Virus record (IMG/VR): IMGVR_UViG_3300045988_080466
Length of the DNA stretch: 64,000 nucleotides
Strand: one strand, 5' to 3'
DNA from: a virus
Shown here: positions 19,024 through 28,591 of the stretch, piece after piece
Layout: each line of letters opens with the position of its first letter
Position numbering within the stretch: position 1 is the first letter of the stretch
Notes under the pieces: generated by a model
Told to the model about the DNA's origin: nothing
Databases searched by the model: none
What the model saw: the letters and a program-made list of their open reading frames with translations, nothing else
Translations under genes and position numbers: made by a program

Positions 19024-19228
19024 TACTAAGAGTCACAGTCCCCTCAAACTTGTACAATTTGTCGGAATCAGTGTAACTTACTAGGGTTGGAACATCTACA
19101 GGCTTTCCTGGATGCTTAAGAAGCCGAATATAACCATTGTGCATTAGGATGCCAATATTTCCAAGCTCGTCTATTACTAGGTCTCCTGCTTTTGGCATTT
19201 CGTCATTTCTATTCACTTCAACTTTCAT
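19016..19228 (-). CDS. hypothetical protein
   Basis: Co-directional 70-aa ORF. Confidence 0.45.
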   Translation of the reverse strand: MKVEVNRNDEMPKAGDLVIDELGNIGILMHNGYIRLLKHPGKPVDVPTLVSYTDSDKLYKFEGTVTLSND

Positions 19229-19611
19229 TCCTTCAAGTCTCCCATTACGTTACGGTTAAGCCTGTCATCAATTCTCTCCTTACAAGCGTCAAGGTAAGCT
19301 TCTAGAGCAGCAACTTGTTTAGCATTTTGCTCACAAGGGAACTTCTCATTCAACTTCTTTACTCTGTCAAGCAGGATAAGGGCAAGTTGTTCTGATTGCC
19401 ACCCTGGAGTTACTGTACCGTCTTCGTGCTTGTGAACAAACTGAATTGTGTCAGTAGCATTCACATACTTGGTTTTGCCATTAACAAAGCCAGCACACAT
19501 TTTAGCACGGTAGCGATGAGCACCATCGTCTGGAATTACTTCAATGGTTGGTTCGAGACTTGGATAAACCAATAATTCCTCTATTGTTTGATATTTCTTT
19601 TTTAAAGCCAT
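19225..19611 (-). CDS. hypothetical protein
   Basis: Co-directional 128-aa ORF. Confidence 0.5.
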   Translation of the reverse strand: MALKKKYQTIEELLVYPSLEPTIEVIPDDGAHRYRAKMCAGFVNGKTKYVNATDTIQFVHKHEDGTVTPGWQSEQLALILLDRVKKLNEKFPCEQNAKQVAALEAYLDACKERIDDRLNRNVMGDLKE

Positions 19612-19624
19612 GGTATTTTATTGT

Positions 19625-19801
19625 TTAATCATTATATGATATTATCTTGTAATATACGGTACTACCTACCCAACGCCAACCCAGATAATTTACTGGAACC
19701 CATGCAGGTTTACTAAGCAAATCTCTAAATTCTAATGGTGTTAGATTACGTACTATATCTGTTTGTGGTGATGCTCCCTCAAGACTTATTAATACCTTCA
19801 T
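19625..19801 (-). CDS. small hypothetical protein (58 aa, below ORF-track cutoff)
   Basis: Hand-translated MKVLISLEGASPQTDIVRNLTPLEFRDLLSKPAWVPVNYLGWRWVGSTVYYKIISYND. It fills the otherwise empty 19612-19779 gap and overlaps the upstream gene by 23 nt. Confidence 0.3.
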   Translation of the reverse strand: MKVLISLEGASPQTDIVRNLTPLEFRDLLSKPAWVPVNYLGWRWVGSTVYYKIISYND

Positions 19802-20684
19802 GTTTTAACCAGTCTTGGAAGTACCACAATTGTCCACATCCTCCACCAATATCATCCTGACCAGCAGGATTGAATACTCTTGTGGAGAAACCTAATTCGC
19901 AGAGTCTTCTGTTAAAGTCTCTAATAAGACGAATTTGTCTATCAATAGAATTCTTTACAGTTTCATCCTTTTCACAAATTACAGAAAGAGTAGTTTCCCA
20001 AACATCGGTTCGAAAGAGTTTGTACAGTCTCCTTGCGTCTTCTTCTGTATCATTTCCTTCATGTACACAGTAATTGAAGAATGGTTTTCTTCCTGTGTTC
20101 GCTGCCCAAAATTCTCCCGCAGCAGCAATCTGGCGGAGAGTACAAGTCTTAGTCGGAATTAATTTTGCTCTAGCTTCATCAGTTGATTCATGTACAGAAA
20201 ACTGCAATCCGACTTGAGGTATTCTCTTGGAAAGCTCAATAAACTCTGACATTGCATGATACAATGTAGATGGAGCAGATGTAGATACTAATAATTGAGC
20301 ATTTGGATACAAATCGTGTAAAGACTCAATAGCTCGCTCCAAATTGATACAATTCAGAAATGGCTCTCCCATACTCATGAACATAATTTGGAACTTTTCA
20401 ATGTCTTTAGTATCACAATCAATAGTACTTAAAACAGTAGTTACTTGTTCTACTATTTCATGCCAATCAAGATTCCTTACAAAGAACTTTCCTGTTCCAC
20501 AGAATGTACAGCCAACCGGACATCCAGACTGTACAGAACAGCAAATTACTGTTCTCTTCGCGTATTCTCCATAACGATAAAGGACTGCTTCTGCAATTCC
20601 TTTTTTCGTTACTGCACTAGCTCCCCATTCAAATACAAACTTCTTGACATTAGTGTCAGAAGATTCAAAAATCTTATATTCCAT
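19779..20684 (-). CDS. RlmN/Cfr-family radical SAM methyltransferase (short N-terminus)
   Basis: Collinear with RlmN: ICCSVQSGCPVGCTFCGTG (CxxxCxxC plus upstream Cys), MSMGEPFLN, VSTSA, FSVHESTDEARAKLIP, and the C-terminal GQDDIGGGCGQL (RlmN GDDIDAACGQL). Confidence 0.8.
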   Translation of the reverse strand: MEYKIFESSDTNVKKFVFEWGASAVTKKGIAEAVLYRYGEYAKRTVICCSVQSGCPVGCTFCGTGKFFVRNLDWHEIVEQVTTVLSTIDCDTKDIEKFQIMFMSMGEPFLNCINLERAIESLHDLYPNAQLLVSTSAPSTLYHAMSEFIELSKRIPQVGLQFSVHESTDEARAKLIPTKTCTLRQIAAAGEFWAANTGRKPFFNYCVHEGNDTEEDARRLYKLFRTDVWETTLSVICEKDETVKNSIDRQIRLIRDFNRRLCELGFSTRVFNPAGQDDIGGGCGQLWYFQDWLKHEGINKS

Positions 20685-20686
20685 TT

Positions 20687-21271
20687 TTAACCTCTTAAAT
20701 TTCTTTTAGTGATTATTTCCTTTAATTGCTGCCAAGATACTGGTGTGTAATCATTATTATCTACACCAACATCATATTGATTTGGGACTAATTTATCTTC
20801 AAAAGGAGTTTTCTTTCCTTTTTCAGTATGAATGTGTCCATACAATTGCCAACTTCCTCTATGAGAGCCATCCCATGTAATCATAGGATAGTGACTCATA
20901 AAGAGTTGTTGGTTATTACATTCTTCATCACCTGTTATAGTAATCATCATCTGTCTTTCAACAGCTTCGAACCCATTTTCTGGGATGTATTTCAGCTTAT
21001 CATGATTACCTAATATGAGGTATTTATAGCCGTTTAGTTGAGGTAAAATTTTCTCCCAACGTGTCTTTTGACCAAAGCAAAAATCGCCCAATATGAAGAC
21101 TGTATCGTCCCACTGGACTACCTTATTCCAATTTAGTATGAGTTGTCGATTCATTTCGTCAGCAGACTCAAACGGACGACTACAATACTTAATTATATTT
21201 GCGTGGTCAAAGTGACAATCAGAAGTGAAAAATACCTTATTACAGTCAAATTTATTTGTCAGATTTGCCAT
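20687..21271 (-). CDS. metallophosphoesterase
   Basis: FFTSDCHFDH, ILGDFCF, LGNHD and GHIHT motifs. Confidence 0.75.
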   Translation of the reverse strand: MANLTNKFDCNKVFFTSDCHFDHANIIKYCSRPFESADEMNRQLILNWNKVVQWDDTVFILGDFCFGQKTRWEKILPQLNGYKYLILGNHDKLKYIPENGFEAVERQMMITITGDEECNNQQLFMSHYPMITWDGSHRGSWQLYGHIHTEKGKKTPFEDKLVPNQYDVGVDNNDYTPVSWQQLKEIITKRNLRG

Positions 21272-21503
21272 GTATTTTCTTATTGTCGATTTTTAAATAA
21301 CAAGAATCTGGCAGTTCTTGTCCATCCAACTTTACAGATAGAATATCCATAGATGTCAGATTCTCAAATAATTTAGACTCCGTGGATATTTTGACATATC
21401 CCTCTGGAGCCATCAATTCTTTAGCTTGTTCGTTAGTTAGCCAAACCTCAAATATTTGCTTGACTTCCGCCCGTAATAAATGGGTCGGTTTTGTACCTTT
21501 CAT
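21252..21503 (-). CDS. hypothetical protein (start uncertain)
   Basis: The track ORF 21252..21578 overlaps the upstream ORF by 131 nt out of frame. Internal Met codons at 21503 and 21413 are alternative starts. Confidence 0.3.
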   Translation of the reverse strand: MKGTKPTHLLRAEVKQIFEVWLTNEQAKELMAPEGYVKISTESKLFENLTSMDILSVKLDGQELPDSCYLKIDNKKIHGKSDK

Positions 21504-21768
21504 AACATTCGCACTTTTTAAATTTCTTTCCTGATGTACAGTAAGGACAGATTTCATTTCTTCCGGTCTTGTGACCATGAGTTCCTGTTCTAATTTTACT
21601 TTTCCAGGGAGTGTGCATCTTTATCCACATATTTCTGAACTCTTCATTCTGAAACATTTCTTGCATAAATTCCGCACCGTTGTTTTCCTTTTTATCCTTC
21701 TTTTCATCTACTTCTTCAACACCTAAAGTTGTGTCGATGTCATACGGAGTTACTGTTAAGTCTTCCAT
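21448..21768 (-). CDS. SEC-C motif (zinc-binding) protein
   Basis: ICPYCTSGKKFKKCEC matches the SecA C-terminal CPCGSGKKYKKCC metal-binding motif. Confidence 0.55.
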   Translation of the reverse strand: MEDLTVTPYDIDTTLGVEEVDEKKDKKENNGAEFMQEMFQNEEFRNMWIKMHTPWKSKIRTGTHGHKTGRNEICPYCTSGKKFKKCECYERYKTDPFITGGSQANI

Positions 21769-21785
21769 TTTTTATAAGATATAAA

Positions 21786-22160
21786 TTATAATATACTTTC
21801 TTTTAAAACACACACTACAAGTTCAGATAATTGGGCTATCCATTCTTCTTCGGCAATCTCTTTAAGCTCCCCGTAAGCTACATCAGTAAACCAATTAGGA
21901 AACTCTCGATTATAGAATTGCAAATTTTTGCATTGGTAGTCCCACTCTGCGCCGCAACCATAGAAATCAAGTCTATCTCCATCACAATCTTCGTCAAGAA
22001 CATACATAAATCGCAGCCCTGATTCGTATCTGTTCTGTATGAAAAACTTTCCTACATACTCGGACTCACTATTATCAACACAATTTTTAAGTTGTTCTTT
22101 TAGTGATATTAATTTTTCCTTATAGAGAGCAATCTCTCTCATTATTTGGTCTCTTTTCAT
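21786..22160 (-). CDS. hypothetical protein
   Basis: Co-directional 124-aa ORF. Confidence 0.5.
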   Translation of the reverse strand: MKRDQIMREIALYKEKLISLKEQLKNCVDNSESEYVGKFFIQNRYESGLRFMYVLDEDCDGDRLDFYGCGAEWDYQCKNLQFYNREFPNWFTDVAYGELKEIAEEEWIAQLSELVVCVLKESIL

Positions 22161-22218
22161 TTGTTAAAACTCAGAATTAATAATCTGTGTTATAATCTTC
22201 AAATAAGGAACACTTGTT

Positions 22219-22257
22219 AAAAGCATTAGTAATCCGTATGGTTCTACCAATGCTTTT
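22219..22257 (-). terminator. possible hairpin terminator downstream of thyX
   Basis: Perfect 9-bp inverted repeat AAAAGCATT / AATGCTTTT with a 21-nt loop, 18 nt after the thyX stop. The long loop and lack of a separate T-tract lower confidence. Confidence 0.3.
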
Positions 22258-22274
22258 CTCACTCCATTTAAATG

Positions 22275-23261
22275 TTATTTTATCCATCCTCTTTTAATAA
22301 ATTCTTCGTGTAAAGGATGTGCCAACTCATAAGCCTGTGGGTGCGCACTTCCTGCATCTCTTAACTTAAAGAAGCCTTTCCATTGTTCAATAGTGCCTGT
22401 CATAATTAACTCAGTCTTCAAACTATTAGGAAGTACTGCTCTTGCTTGCTGAGGTTTCCAACCTTGATTTAATAGCTCTAAGTAAAGTTGCTCTGCCACT
22501 TGTAGAGATGCTACAAAGTTTCGCTCTGGAGTTATTTCCCAAGTCTTAAAGTATGGGGTCTCCTTACCATTGAGATGATAATAGTACTCTCCAATAAGAT
22601 TACCAAAATCATCTGAAGTAATAACAGTTCCTTTGACTTCTTGAAGAGCTAAACTGTCCGCCCAACATGGTAAAATGAAAGTAACCTCGTTATTGAACTT
22701 ATCCTTAGAGTAGTTACAATATCTGGTACTTTCTTGGGCAAAGCTAAATACACGGTGGCGTACAAATTCATGGGATACGCCTCTATCGCATACAAACTTA
22801 ACAGTGATTCTCTTCTCGTGATATTCTGTAAGTTCACACAGATATTCAAGAACTCCTTGTAGGTCATGCTCTATTATTACCCTATAGTTAGTAGTATAGT
22901 AGTAATAATCTCCATCACTAATATATCTTGTATAGGGATTAAGGCATAAAGTACTCCAGTTAGTTCCAAACTGGAATCCCTCATCTACTACACTATTAGG
23001 AACTTTAAGATACACAGTACCATGCTCTAACATAGCACCGTGTCCTGACTTAACCATTCTATCCACAAACTCCTTCGCAGAAGTTTCTGTTATTTTATCC
23101 TCTGATTTGTAACAAGTTCTTCCAGCTATCTCTATTTGTCTATATACAGAGTTTATAAGCTCATCTTTCCACATTCGAGGGCCAATTTCCATATCTGCTG
23201 GAATAACTATATCTCTTGGTTTTTGTTCTATTATTTCAAAACTTGGTTTTATTAATTTCAT
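22275..23261 (-). CDS. thyX: FAD-dependent thymidylate synthase
   Basis: ThyX signature RHRVFSFAQESTRY (RHRxxSxxxxSxRY), plus SGHGAMLEH upstream. Confidence 0.85.
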   Translation of the reverse strand: MKLIKPSFEIIEQKPRDIVIPADMEIGPRMWKDELINSVYRQIEIAGRTCYKSEDKITETSAKEFVDRMVKSGHGAMLEHGTVYLKVPNSVVDEGFQFGTNWSTLCLNPYTRYISDGDYYYYTTNYRVIIEHDLQGVLEYLCELTEYHEKRITVKFVCDRGVSHEFVRHRVFSFAQESTRYCNYSKDKFNNEVTFILPCWADSLALQEVKGTVITSDDFGNLIGEYYYHLNGKETPYFKTWEITPERNFVASLQVAEQLYLELLNQGWKPQQARAVLPNSLKTELIMTGTIEQWKGFFKLRDAGSAHPQAYELAHPLHEEFIKRGWIK

Positions 23262-23710
23262 TTTGCTTTCGCGAATAATGGACTACGTAACATAATCTCT
23301 TTTACTGACAATTCTTCAAGGACTCTTGCATAATTGTTTATCATCTCTAATCCATATTCTTTATTGTAACCTTCGTCATGTCCTAATGTATTAGAAACCA
23401 ATTGAATTGCAGAAGAGATTAACCCTATGTCTGTTGTATCAACTGGAGCTAATGTGTAGGTTTCATCAATTCTATCATTACAGCTAAATCTAAAACTAGA
23501 AGCACGGCATTGCTTCTTTATAAAAGTTACATTTTTCAGGATGCAGATACTACTTTCGAGAGTTTTCATTACAACCCCATCATAGAATCCCATCCCTATT
23601 AAAAATCCTCCTCTGTATACTCTATAAAGTATCTCGTTACTATAACTATTATTATACCAATTATAAAATTGCTCGTAGCTTAACATATTAATGAATCCAA
23701 TGGTCTCCAA
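23258..23710 (-). CDS. hypothetical protein
   Basis: Co-directional 150-aa ORF with a 4-nt overlap with thyX. Confidence 0.5.
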   Translation of the reverse strand: METIGFINMLSYEQFYNWYNNSYSNEILYRVYRGGFLIGMGFYDGVVMKTLESSICILKNVTFIKKQCRASSFRFSCNDRIDETYTLAPVDTTDIGLISSAIQLVSNTLGHDEGYNKEYGLEMINNYARVLEELSVKEIMLRSPLFAKAK

Positions 23711-25847
23711 TTGATATATCTGCTGTTAATGGTGCCCTTGTACAAAATGGCTTACCTCCAGATTCCATACATTGAACTAGTATCTTAGCTACTTCTTCTG
23801 CTATCTCTTCGGGAGCTTCAAGATTGATTTCATCATGCACAGGAATACAATACTTAACTTTAAAAAGTAAATTGTTTTCCTTTAGCCAATTGAATAGCTT
23901 TATAGAAGCTAGCTTGAAGCACAGTGCCCCTGCTCCCTGAATCGGATAATTCACCGATTGCTTCATAGAATCAGATAATCTCCTTCTTAAGAAGTCTGCT
24001 TCTTGAACCAATGGATTACTTTCATCACGAGTTTGCATAGCATACTGCCCATCTACTGTTCCTAAATCATCATTTATCCTATTCAGATTATCCCAATCAT
24101 AAATAAATGCTTTATGTCCTGTCACAGGACTTAATAGAATATATCCATGCTGTACAACAAATGACTTTTGACGTTCTTGATAAGCCTTCAATCCAGCGAA
24201 ACCATTCATATAGTTATCCTCAATTTCTTGAGCTCTCTTTTTCGGGATACCATAGTTTCTCACTAAAGTAGAAGCATTACCTGCATAATTAAAGCAGAAC
24301 TCATATCCTTTTGCCTCTTGTCTAAGTTCTGGGAATTGTTTTTTTACTTTTTCAGTAGGCATATCTTGAGGAATTTTGTCCTTAAATACCATCTTGGCTG
24401 TCAGAGAATGCATATCTTTAGAACCATTAATAAGTTCATCAAGCATAGCTTTATCATTAGCAACAGATGCCATTAAGAAGGATTCTTGGCCACTATAATC
24501 TACAGATATCCATTTATTTCCAGGCTCTGAAACGAAACAGGCTCTAGTAATTGCAGTATGTGGAAGATTCTGAAGATTCGGGTTACTTGAACTTAATCGT
24601 CCCGTATCCGTTCCAAGCTGATAAAAATCGGCATGGATACGTCCGCTTACTGGATTTATAAGCTTTAAGAATTTTTCTCCAAAAGCCTTCACTAACTGCC
24701 CTGTTTTCTTAAACTCTATATAAGGTTCAATGATAGAACATTTAGCTTTCTGTGGCTCAATAATATCAATTCCAGCAGATTTAGTTTTCTGTTTAGTTTT
24801 CTTGTCTACTGTTGTACAATTTATTCCGAGCAATTCAAATAATGGAACAACTTGTTTACTACTATTCCAGTTTATATTACACCTATATGCGTTATCAAAT
24901 CCAGAGAATAAATCTCCTTGTAGATTCATTTCTACATAATCGAAAGGTATTCCAAATGAATATTCTATTCCTTCATCAACGACTTTCCTCTTTACCCCAA
25001 ATGCAGTAGGAGGAATCTTCATCAAGTCTTTCATTTCCTTTCTAAGTGTAGTCATAATACTCGTCTTTACAAATGGACGATTCTTAAGCTGTGGGTCTGG
25101 ATGAACCATTTTATGTTCTTCATAAAAATCTTCCACCCATTTATTGATGCTTGCTTCTGCGTCTTTCATTTGCCTAATATCGTCCTTCATCTTAGCTCTC
25201 CATTTTTCTACATCAATCTTAGCACCGCAATATTCAATATAGGCAATAACAGGAACAAAATGATTCTCGAAATCAACAGCTTTAAGAAGGTCTTTCTTTA
25301 CCAACTCAACTGTTTGCTTCTCTTTAATCTTAGTAAGATAAATAACATCATGTGCAGCATAAACTATGACATCTTCTGTTAATCCAGTATTAACAATTTT
25401 ACCTCGAATACTCTTATCCAAATCCAAGCCTAAATAATGATGTGCTGCGGATTGTAGAGACAGACTATGAAATTGGGCTGGATATCCCAAATACAATAGC
25501 TTCTCAGCTATCATTCCGTCCCATACATTTACAGGGACTATTCTATGATGATATAAAAATTTTAAATCAAATGAAAGATTCCATCCTAGTAATGTAATAT
25601 CAGGATTCTCAAACACTGGTCTAAAATAATTAACATCAATTGTTGTGGTATCTACTATTATTTGGTCCTCACCTAAGCCAAATTGAATACACAATAAGGC
25701 TTTTGTATAAGGGTCTAATCCTTCAGTTTCACTATCATATTCAATCCATGTATGTTCAAGGATGCGCTTTAATGCTTCTTCTTTAGACATGATTTCATAT
25801 GCATCGGACTTAAAGAATCTTTGTTGTTCAGTAACAAGATAAATCAT
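23688..25847 (-). CDS. family A DNA polymerase with 3'-5' exonuclease domain
   Basis: Exo motifs YDSETEGLD, NLSFDLKFL, YAAHDVIYL. Pol motifs SVDYSGQES (A), RQEAKGYEFCFNYAG (B), PVHDEINLE (C). Also GRLSSSNPNLQNLP. Confidence 0.9.
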   Translation of the reverse strand: MIYLVTEQQRFFKSDAYEIMSKEEALKRILEHTWIEYDSETEGLDPYTKALLCIQFGLGEDQIIVDTTTIDVNYFRPVFENPDITLLGWNLSFDLKFLYHHRIVPVNVWDGMIAEKLLYLGYPAQFHSLSLQSAAHHYLGLDLDKSIRGKIVNTGLTEDVIVYAAHDVIYLTKIKEKQTVELVKKDLLKAVDFENHFVPVIAYIEYCGAKIDVEKWRAKMKDDIRQMKDAEASINKWVEDFYEEHKMVHPDPQLKNRPFVKTSIMTTLRKEMKDLMKIPPTAFGVKRKVVDEGIEYSFGIPFDYVEMNLQGDLFSGFDNAYRCNINWNSSKQVVPLFELLGINCTTVDKKTKQKTKSAGIDIIEPQKAKCSIIEPYIEFKKTGQLVKAFGEKFLKLINPVSGRIHADFYQLGTDTGRLSSSNPNLQNLPHTAITRACFVSEPGNKWISVDYSGQESFLMASVANDKAMLDELINGSKDMHSLTAKMVFKDKIPQDMPTEKVKKQFPELRQEAKGYEFCFNYAGNASTLVRNYGIPKKRAQEIEDNYMNGFAGLKAYQERQKSFVVQHGYILLSPVTGHKAFIYDWDNLNRINDDLGTVDGQYAMQTRDESNPLVQEADFLRRRLSDSMKQSVNYPIQGAGALCFKLASIKLFNWLKENNLLFKVKYCIPVHDEINLEAPEEIAEEVAKILVQCMESGGKPFCTRAPLTADISIGDHWIH

Positions 25848-26077
25848 TAATCGACGTATACATCAAGTTTGGTTATGTCTATATCTCCTCTTAATGCTAA
25901 ATCATCTGCAAATCTCTGCTTCAACAACTCTGCGATTTCAAATTCATCTTTATCCAATGTTCCAAAATACTCATAGAAAAAGTCTCCTGTAATCTCTACA
26001 GAAAACTTAAACACTTTCTCGTTTATGTTGTATGGAGCGCTTTCGTCCATTTCCGCTCCTAGTGGTAGGTTTGACAT
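25847..26077 (-). CDS. hypothetical protein
   Basis: 76-aa acidic ORF with a 1-nt overlap with the polymerase start. Overlaps the upstream ORF out of frame. Confidence 0.4.
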   Translation of the reverse strand: MSNLPLGAEMDESAPYNINEKVFKFSVEITGDFFYEYFGTLDKDEFEIAELLKQRFADDLALRGDIDITKLDVYVD

Positions 26078-26249
26078 CCTCTTTTTCAGATAAAATGTTA
26101 CAAATGTCTTTCATCTCACTTATTTCGTAGCCCAACATAGTTCCTAAATGACTTCCTAATTCCGGAGGAAGATACGGTAAACATAAACTTACCGCTTCAA
26201 AGAACGGAACTAGGTTACTAATCTTAGTAATTAACAATTCTCGGTTCAT
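26007..26249 (-). CDS. hypothetical protein (start uncertain)
   Basis: The track ORF 26007..26297 overlaps both neighbours; the internal Met at 26249 reduces the overlap. Weak call. Confidence 0.3.
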   Translation of the reverse strand: MNRELLITKISNLVPFFEAVSLCLPYLPPELGSHLGTMLGYEISEMKDICNILSEKEDVKPTTRSGNGRKRSIQHKRESV

Positions 26250-26862
26250 GGTAGTATAATAATGTTGGACTGTCTCTGTGGATATCAAGAGCATCAAACC
26301 CGTTAAGTGCCAATTCTTGTTGACATTGTTCTACATCAAATTTAGATGTGATAAGATGATAACCATGTAAAGTAGGAACAACGAGCTTCACTCTATCTTC
26401 CTCATTACCTCTACACTTCGAAATAATGTCTACTATACTATGCAGCTTCCATTTATCATATACATCAACATCTACCAGTCTCAGTAGGTTCTTTCCGCTA
26501 AGGGAAGGTAATTCTCCACAAACATGGTCCCAAACTCTTGGAGCTTGGAAGGTATTTCCTTCCATAAGCATCCTTGCAAGTTTCTCTTGTGCTCCACAAG
26601 CTGTTTTGAAATAGCTTCTCTTGTTGAGATGAATGTATGCTCTTGCATTGTTATTTTGACACAGCTCGATTATTTTTTGTTTCTTTTCCTCAAGATGTTC
26701 GATACTGTGAATATAATAGGCTTTAATGAGTCTTGCTCCATTATTACCTCTTCCTGTTTCGTTTCCGTCCTTTTTGCGCTGAATCACTTGAAGGAAATAA
26801 AAATCATCTTCAGATTCAAACTTTAAGAACTCCTCAATTAAATCAAAGTTATCTACTGTCAT
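26224..26862 (-). CDS. hypothetical protein
   Basis: Start moved to ATG 26862 (ATGA overlap with the upstream stop). 212 aa, no secure motif. Confidence 0.5.
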   Translation of the reverse strand: MTVDNFDLIEEFLKFESEDDFYFLQVIQRKKDGNETGRGNNGARLIKAYYIHSIEHLEEKKQKIIELCQNNNARAYIHLNKRSYFKTACGAQEKLARMLMEGNTFQAPRVWDHVCGELPSLSGKNLLRLVDVDVYDKWKLHSIVDIISKCRGNEEDRVKLVVPTLHGYHLITSKFDVEQCQQELALNGFDALDIHRDSPTLLYYHEPRIVNY

Positions 26863-27146
26863 AATTCTTTTTCTACTACACAATTACCGTAATAATGACT
26901 GCCACTTATTGAATATGTCAAGTTACCTTTCACAAAAGTAGCCCAATAATCCAATTCCCAACCGTTTGTTTCATGTTCAAGCTCCTCGAATCCTAGCTGT
27001 TCCATTACTTCTAGAACTATATCAAAAGGACATTTACCAACAAAACACTCCGGTAATGTCTCCATGATAGCTAGGAAATTAGCTTTAACATCTCTAAGAG
27101 ATTGAGTTAACAATTCTCCATGATTTATAATATTTGTTTCAGTCAT
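26859..27146 (-). CDS. hypothetical protein
   Basis: Co-directional 95-aa ORF. Confidence 0.5.
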   Translation of the reverse strand: MTETNIINHGELLTQSLRDVKANFLAIMETLPECFVGKCPFDIVLEVMEQLGFEELEHETNGWELDYWATFVKGNLTYSISGSHYYGNCVVEKEL

Positions 27147-27290
27147 TCGGAATTACATTTAAGTCTGTCAAATAAAATCCATTATCATCTAAGTCTTTCT
27201 GTACGAAGTATCCATTAACTCCAACAGTCTCTCCTCCAAGAGTATGTATCATGACTTCTCTGTCTTGGTCATATCTTTCAAGGATTTTAA

Positions 27291-27677
27291 TTAATTGCCC
27301 CACAAGTATTGCCATTTGTCATAATGTAAAGAAAACTTATATAATCTGTTAGCTGCCTCAACTGGAGTATGGCCATCCCATTCATCAGCTTTCCATCTTT
27401 CAGGAACATTGAACAGATTCCATTCTTCAGCCCTATAATGATTGCTCACTTGACCAGTAGGAAGGTTAGCCATAACAATAAACCATCCTCCTCCAAAGCA
27501 TAGTTCACCATCTGCATGTCTGTAAGATTTATGGACCTCATATTTACCTTCCAAGCTGTTAAAGAATGCTGCATTGTACAGCATTCTGTAGTGATATAAC
27601 TCATCAAAGGTATGAAATCCGTCTGAGATTTGTCCTTCTGGCAAAAATAAATTTTTAAGTCTTTGTAATAGTTTCAT
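27291..27677 (-). CDS. hypothetical protein translationally coupled to Pnkp
   Basis: 128-aa ORF whose start overlaps the Pnkp stop by 1 nt. Trp/His-rich (ERWKADEWDGHTP). Confidence 0.5.
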   Translation of the reverse strand: MKLLQRLKNLFLPEGQISDGFHTFDELYHYRMLYNAAFFNSLEGKYEVHKSYRHADGELCFGGGWFIVMANLPTGQVSNHYRAEEWNLFNVPERWKADEWDGHTPVEAANRLYKFSLHYDKWQYLWGN

Positions 27678-28591
27678 TAGAATTTTCCCTCATTAGGTTG
27701 TAAACAAGTTAAACCTTGTTCTCTCCACATCTCAACACATTTACAATTGTCTTCAAGAACGAATTGAACATTATATTTTCCCTTAATATTGTCCTCGTAG
27801 ATTTTTTTCTTACATTCAGCTCCGGGACTGTAGTCTTTAACTGGACGGAAGAACAGCTCATCAACTTTAATATCATGCTTAGCCAACCATTCTTTAGTAG
27901 CTGCTACGATTTCGGGAGTGCCTTCTCTACCAGTAACAATAAATACTTTACACTTTTCATACATGCGCCTAACAAGCGTACAGGTACCTTCAATGGCAAT
28001 ATCATTCAACATGCCTTCAGCTGCACCTTCTCCAAAGTAAGGTCTGCCAGTGGTATTCAAACACAAGGTGGCGTCCATATCCACTAATATAACAGGGTGA
28101 CCTCCGTCTACATGCTTGGCACTTTTACTTAACATATTTTTAATATCCTCTTGGATAATAAAGTCACGGTATCTTCTCCAAGTGTCTTTAATTACCTTAG
28201 CTCCCATTGGCTGCTCACGCATTGCATCACGACGAATACATTCATCAACTGAAATGAAGAAATCCTTAAATTCCAGTTCATATTCAAATTCTGTGGTGGC
28301 GTTAGCAACTTTAATAACGTCTTCCCACCACTTTACTTCTTTAGGATTGAGATTCATATTGTCTACAACAATATTATATCCTTTCCTCGTTGCTTCACAA
28401 GCAAAAGAACGCTTAAGTTCAGTAACCATTCCTTCTCTGTTCGGAACCCAATATTCTCCAAGCATGTTACGAATATCGTCATTATTGAAACGTACTCTAT
28501 GTTCAGGGTCTTCTTTAGCCCATGCTTTTGCCCAAGTTGATTTACCAGAGGCTTGAATTCCTCTACACAATATTAGTTTTCGCTTTTCCAT
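27677..28591 (-). CDS. polynucleotide 5'-kinase / 3'-phosphatase (T4 Pnk-like)
   Basis: N-terminal P-loop GIQASGKSTWA. C-terminal HAD phosphatase ILVDMDATL (DxDxT), VTGRE, EDN..CVEMWR. Collinear with T4 Pnk. Confidence 0.85.
   Translation of the reverse strand: MEKRKLILCRGIQASGKSTWAKAWAKEDPEHRVRFNNDDIRNMLGEYWVPNREGMVTELKRSFACEATRKGYNIVVDNMNLNPKEVKWWEDVIKVANATTEFEYELEFKDFFISVDECIRRDAMREQPMGAKVIKDTWRRYRDFIIQEDIKNMLSKSAKHVDGGHPVILVDMDATLCLNTTGRPYFGEGAAEGMLNDIAIEGTCTLVRRMYEKCKVFIVTGREGTPEIVAATKEWLAKHDIKVDELFFRPVKDYSPGAECKKKIYEDNIKGKYNVQFVLEDNCKCVEMWREQGLTCLQPNEGKF

Noticed and set aside
26224-26862. 212-aa ORF as a 2H phosphoesterase/LigT-type enzyme, because of HGYHLITS near the RNA-repair genes.
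   Set aside because: Only one HxT-type motif is present; the family requires two. No other supporting similarity was found.
27147-27290. 144-nt gap with a possible 37-aa ORF (MIHTLGGETVGVNGYFVQKDLDDNGFYLTDLNVIPND).
   Set aside because: It is too short, with no motif and no clear promoter or terminator signature. Not called.
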